DNA of 12,039 bases, taken from assembly GCF_006345805.1 (NCBI RefSeq), contig NW_021826797.1:1-12039 (forward strand), read 5' to 3'. Positions 9,053 through 12,039 of the stretch are shown here, piece after piece; the stretch's first letter is position 1; each line of letters opens with the position of its first letter. Under the pieces are notes generated by a model. The model was not told the DNA's origin. It made no database searches and was given only the letters and a program-made list of their open reading frames with translations. The stretch is from Octopus sinensis (lineage: Eukaryota). A program made the translations under genes and the position numbers.

Positions 9053-9112
9053 GCATACACAATATATATACATATATATGTATATGTCTATATATATAAT
9101 AAACACACACAC
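8797..9112. repeat. Compound (TACC)n/(TATC)n/(TA)n low-complexity tract
   Basis: Read directly from the sequence. Confidence 0.9.
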
Positions 9113-9364
9113 AGAGTAACGCACATACAGGCAGACATATATATGTTGGGGGTTAATAATATATATTCACCAATAAAACTGGCAATATGCTTGATTGAAA
9201 TACGCTTTTAGAAGAAAGAGTAAATAAATATAAAGCACGGTGCAATTTAGCTTAATTGCGATTGAAATGTAAGCATTTGTCACATAGAAAAACAGCATAA
9301 ATATTTCATGCAATCATAGACACTTCACATACTCACGTCCAAACCCCACCCAACGCACACACAC

Positions 9365-9385
9365 CCCTTCCTCTTCTCCATCTCT

Positions 9386-9435
<50 letters not shown>

Positions 9436-9496
9436 CTCTCTTCTCCTCCGTCTCTCTCTCTCTTCTCTCTCTCTCTACACACACACACACACACAC
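9365..9496. repeat. Polypyrimidine (CT)n tract followed by (CA)n
   Basis: About 110 nt that is almost purely pyrimidine on the + strand. Confidence 0.95.
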
Positions 9497-9842
9497 TTTC
9501 TCTTTCTTCACTTAAATGTGTGCATTTCGTTATTCTATGTGAAAACACATTTATACATACACATATGCACACAAGCATATGTTTGTTTTTCTTTTTTAGT
9601 AATGATGTCTACGTTCGTTTGCAAGTGTGTACATATGTGTGTATTTGTGTGTACGTGTGTATGTGTGAATTTATAAACGTATAAAATTAAGTACGTGCTT
9701 AAAATTTCAAATTTGGATCTTTTTAAATGATTTATTAAAACGCGACAATTCGATACACACCTGGTGTTTTTCCTTCTTCTCAGATCCTATGTCTCCTCTT
9801 TCTATTTCCTGTCTTTTTTATTCTTCACTCCCCTTATACAGT

Positions 9843-9900
9843 TTCTCTCTTTCTCCCTCCTCTCTCCCTCTCTCTCTCTATCTATCTATCTATCTCTCAT
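9843..9900. repeat. (CT)n/(TATC)n microsatellite
   Basis: Read directly from the sequence. Confidence 0.9.
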
Positions 9901-10449
9901 TCACTCTTTTGCACAATTTGTCTCCATACAAGCATACATACCATATTCGCCCTCTCTCAATCGAAAACGAGTAACTCTTTCTCTTATGCTATCTATCTCT
10001 TACACAAACTTCTATCTTTGTGTATGAATGTCTCGAAGTTAAGTGTTTGTATATGGAAACATTCTCACATAGAAGGTTTTTAGGAAAAGAAAACAAAACA
10101 AAGAAATCGTCGTGAAGTAATAAAGATGAATATTTAATAATAATAGCAGATTGAGCAGATTGCTACAACTTTTTATATTCTAATCTACCAATAACAAGAA
10201 CACCATCATTAAAAATGTAAAAAGAGAGAGAAAGCAGGAAAGCGAACGAGAGAAAGAGGGAGAGAGAAGAGGAGGAGGGGGAGGGGGAGGGGCATTGTTA
10301 TCAACAACACCATCACATTCTATAAATTTTAATGTCTGCAAATGCAATTCACAGCCGCCATTACAAACTGAAAATGTCGAGTAGTTGCTATATGTGCACG
10401 ATTAAAAATCATATTTAACACACACATATACACGCACCTATTCATTTGT

Positions 10450-10556
10450 GTGTGCGTACACACACACACACACATATGTATGCATATATATGTATGTGTG
10501 TTTGTGTGTAAGTGTGTGAGTGTGTGTGCAAGCTTGTTTGTGTGTGTTACAGAGAG
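10450..10556. repeat. (CA)n/(TG)n low-complexity tract
   Basis: Read directly from the sequence. Confidence 0.9.
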
Positions 10557-11079
10557 TGTTAGGGTAAAAAAATTAACACAACCAAGAAAGAGAAAAGAGA
10601 ATATTCAAAACTGTTTTATCAAATTTATTGACAGTTGAAAACTTAACTAAATTTCATTCTGCGTTTCATGGTTCTGATTTTAGATATAATGTAACACTGG
10701 TGGTAATGTTTAGTGAAATTTACGGCTTCAAGGTCACACATTAATGCACACACAGACGGCTTGGAAGACAGAAGGTGATACATAAATTTTTACATGCATA
10801 TACATGTGTGAGCAATGGCTTGGGATCGAAATTTGTATAGGGGGTTCAAACCCAGGTTCAAAATTTTAACAAAGTCTTATTGTGTTTATTTTATATTTAT
10901 TTTTGTTCTTTGTCTATTGTAAAGAAATCTAATTTCGAGCTATTTTTTATAGATCACTTTTTATTAAACTTCAGAAAAGGGGGCACAAATCTTGATTCTG
11001 CATTACGCAAAAATTCTAGGGGTTGCGCTTGCACCCCTTGTTCCCGGGCCCAAGTGTGTGAGTGTACATAGGTATGTGA

Positions 11080-11312
11080 CGTGTTTGTGTCTGTCTTGAC
11101 AATGAGCAGTGGTTGTAAACGACCATCAGCATTATACAAGTGATGTTCTTTGTTCCCACTTTTCTACGAAAACATGCCCCCCTGGAGGAAATATTACCTT
11201 GCTTGGAAACAGTGAACAGCTGGTTGCAGAAAAGGCATCAAGCCATAGAAAAATCTTGCTTCAACGAATTCCTTACTACCCACGTGAGCATAAAAATGGG
11301 GATGATGATGAT
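11080..11312 (+). mobile_element. SINE/LINE remnant with an RTE-like 3' end and (GAT)4 tail
   Basis: GGTTGCAGAAAAGGCATCAAGCCATAG resembles the GGTTGGC..AGGAAGGGCATCC.GCCGTA 3' motif of RTE-clade elements. (GAT)4 lies at 11301-11312. GGAAATATTACCTTGCTTGGAAAC matches a recalled Octopus repeat. Confidence 0.65.
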
Positions 11313-11549
11313 AATACTACTTTTCCCAAGATTTACTGGTAATAAAAATTTCTATAATTCTTATTACCCTAATATTACTTATTATGTTTAAATGATTTTT
11401 GATAAATTTATTCGAGGTTTACCGGCATCTTCTCTGTTGCCGGAAATAAGTTGCGTCTGCGCGGTGGATTTGAAAAGTTAGAGTATACAAATAATGAGTT
11501 TACATGCGGAATCAATCTCGTTGTGTGTATATTTGAAATATAAAGGCTA

Positions 11550-11615
11550 CCTACTGATGAAGACTGACCTCAGTAAATATTTTTTACTGAAATAAGTCAG
11601 AAACCATGATCTAAG
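11550..11615 (+). ncRNA. Degenerate type I hammerhead-like motif with a long stem II
   Basis: Canonical CTGATGA(11554-11560); stems GACT/AGTC and TCAGTAAA/TTTACTGA; GAAA(11600-11603); near-palindromic ACCATGAT; H17=C11611; short stem I TA/TA. Confidence 0.45.
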
Positions 11616-11770
11616 AACTAAATTAGATCGTAAATGTTTTTAATTTTCTTTCCCTTCGAGAATTTATCCCTAATTAGTGGTTTGAGTTGTTTACTGCTCT
11701 TTCTAGCGCAAGGCTTTCCTATGATGGAAGCCTCTTAATGTGTTTTAATGTACACGATATGTTATATATA

Positions 11771-12039
11771 TCACCGTGATCACCGTGACCGACCAGGCCA
11801 TCAGATGTTGCTACACATCGACGGTCACAAGCGCTTCGCATTGTTTTAACCTTCAAATGACGCCACCCCCCCCGCTGGCTAAGCGAGCAGGCCAACAGAA
11901 GAAAGAGTGAGAGAAAGTTGTGGCGAAAGAGTACAGCAGGGATCGCCACCAACCCCCTGCCGGAGCCTCGTGGAGCTTTAGGTGTATCGCTCAATAAACA
12001 CTCACAACGCCCGGTCTGGAATCGAAACCGCGATCCTAC
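11771..12039 (-). mobile_element. Relatively well-preserved tRNA-derived octopus SINE, head truncated by the window end
   Basis: B-box GGTTTCGATTCC on the minus strand (12029-12018), a GC-rich body, and a tail with tandem TCACCGTGA x2 next to (TA)n. It closely matches a recalled Octopus SINE. Confidence 0.85.

Noticed and set aside
10271-10292. G-rich run GGAGGAGGGGGAGGGGGAGGGG as a G-quadruplex
   Set aside because: It has only three tracts of three or more G, so at best a weak two-tier structure, and it lies within a purine microsatellite.
10836-11052. GGGG/CCCC-rich small hairpins suggesting a MITE remnant
   Set aside because: No matching terminal inverted repeats or TSD could be defined.
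11109-11391. Two overlapping + strand ORFs (77 and 83 aa)
   Set aside because: They lie over a SINE/RTE-tail remnant and are spurious.
11719-11994. 91-aa minus-strand ORF
   Set aside because: It lies inside a GC-rich SINE, where stop codons are scarce.
1-12039. CRISPR array, tRNA/rRNA genes or prokaryotic operon
   Set aside because: There is no regularly spaced repeat-spacer structure. The tRNA-like A and B boxes belong to SINE heads, and the sequence is eukaryotic in character.

Overview
AT-rich, microsatellite-dense eukaryotic DNA. It is most likely intronic or intergenic sequence from an octopus (coleoid cephalopod); this is inferred from repeat families I recognise from memory, not from a search. 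No complete protein-coding gene is supportable. Most supplied ORFs are translations of microsatellites or SINEs. The window holds several tRNA-derived SINE copies, including an inverted pair, a SINE/LINE remnant with an RTE-like (GAT)n tail, and Penelope-like element (PLE)-type termini. It also has a MITE-like 21-bp inverted repeat pair, a possible Mutator transposase fossil and many simple repeats. The most interesting signal is three different minimal hammerhead-ribozyme-like motifs with non-canonical cores (821-857 +, 2756-2721 -, 11550-11615 +). The first is locked inside a perfect 21-bp fold-back. Two phase-compatible candidate minus-strand exons of unknown product are noted at low confidence.
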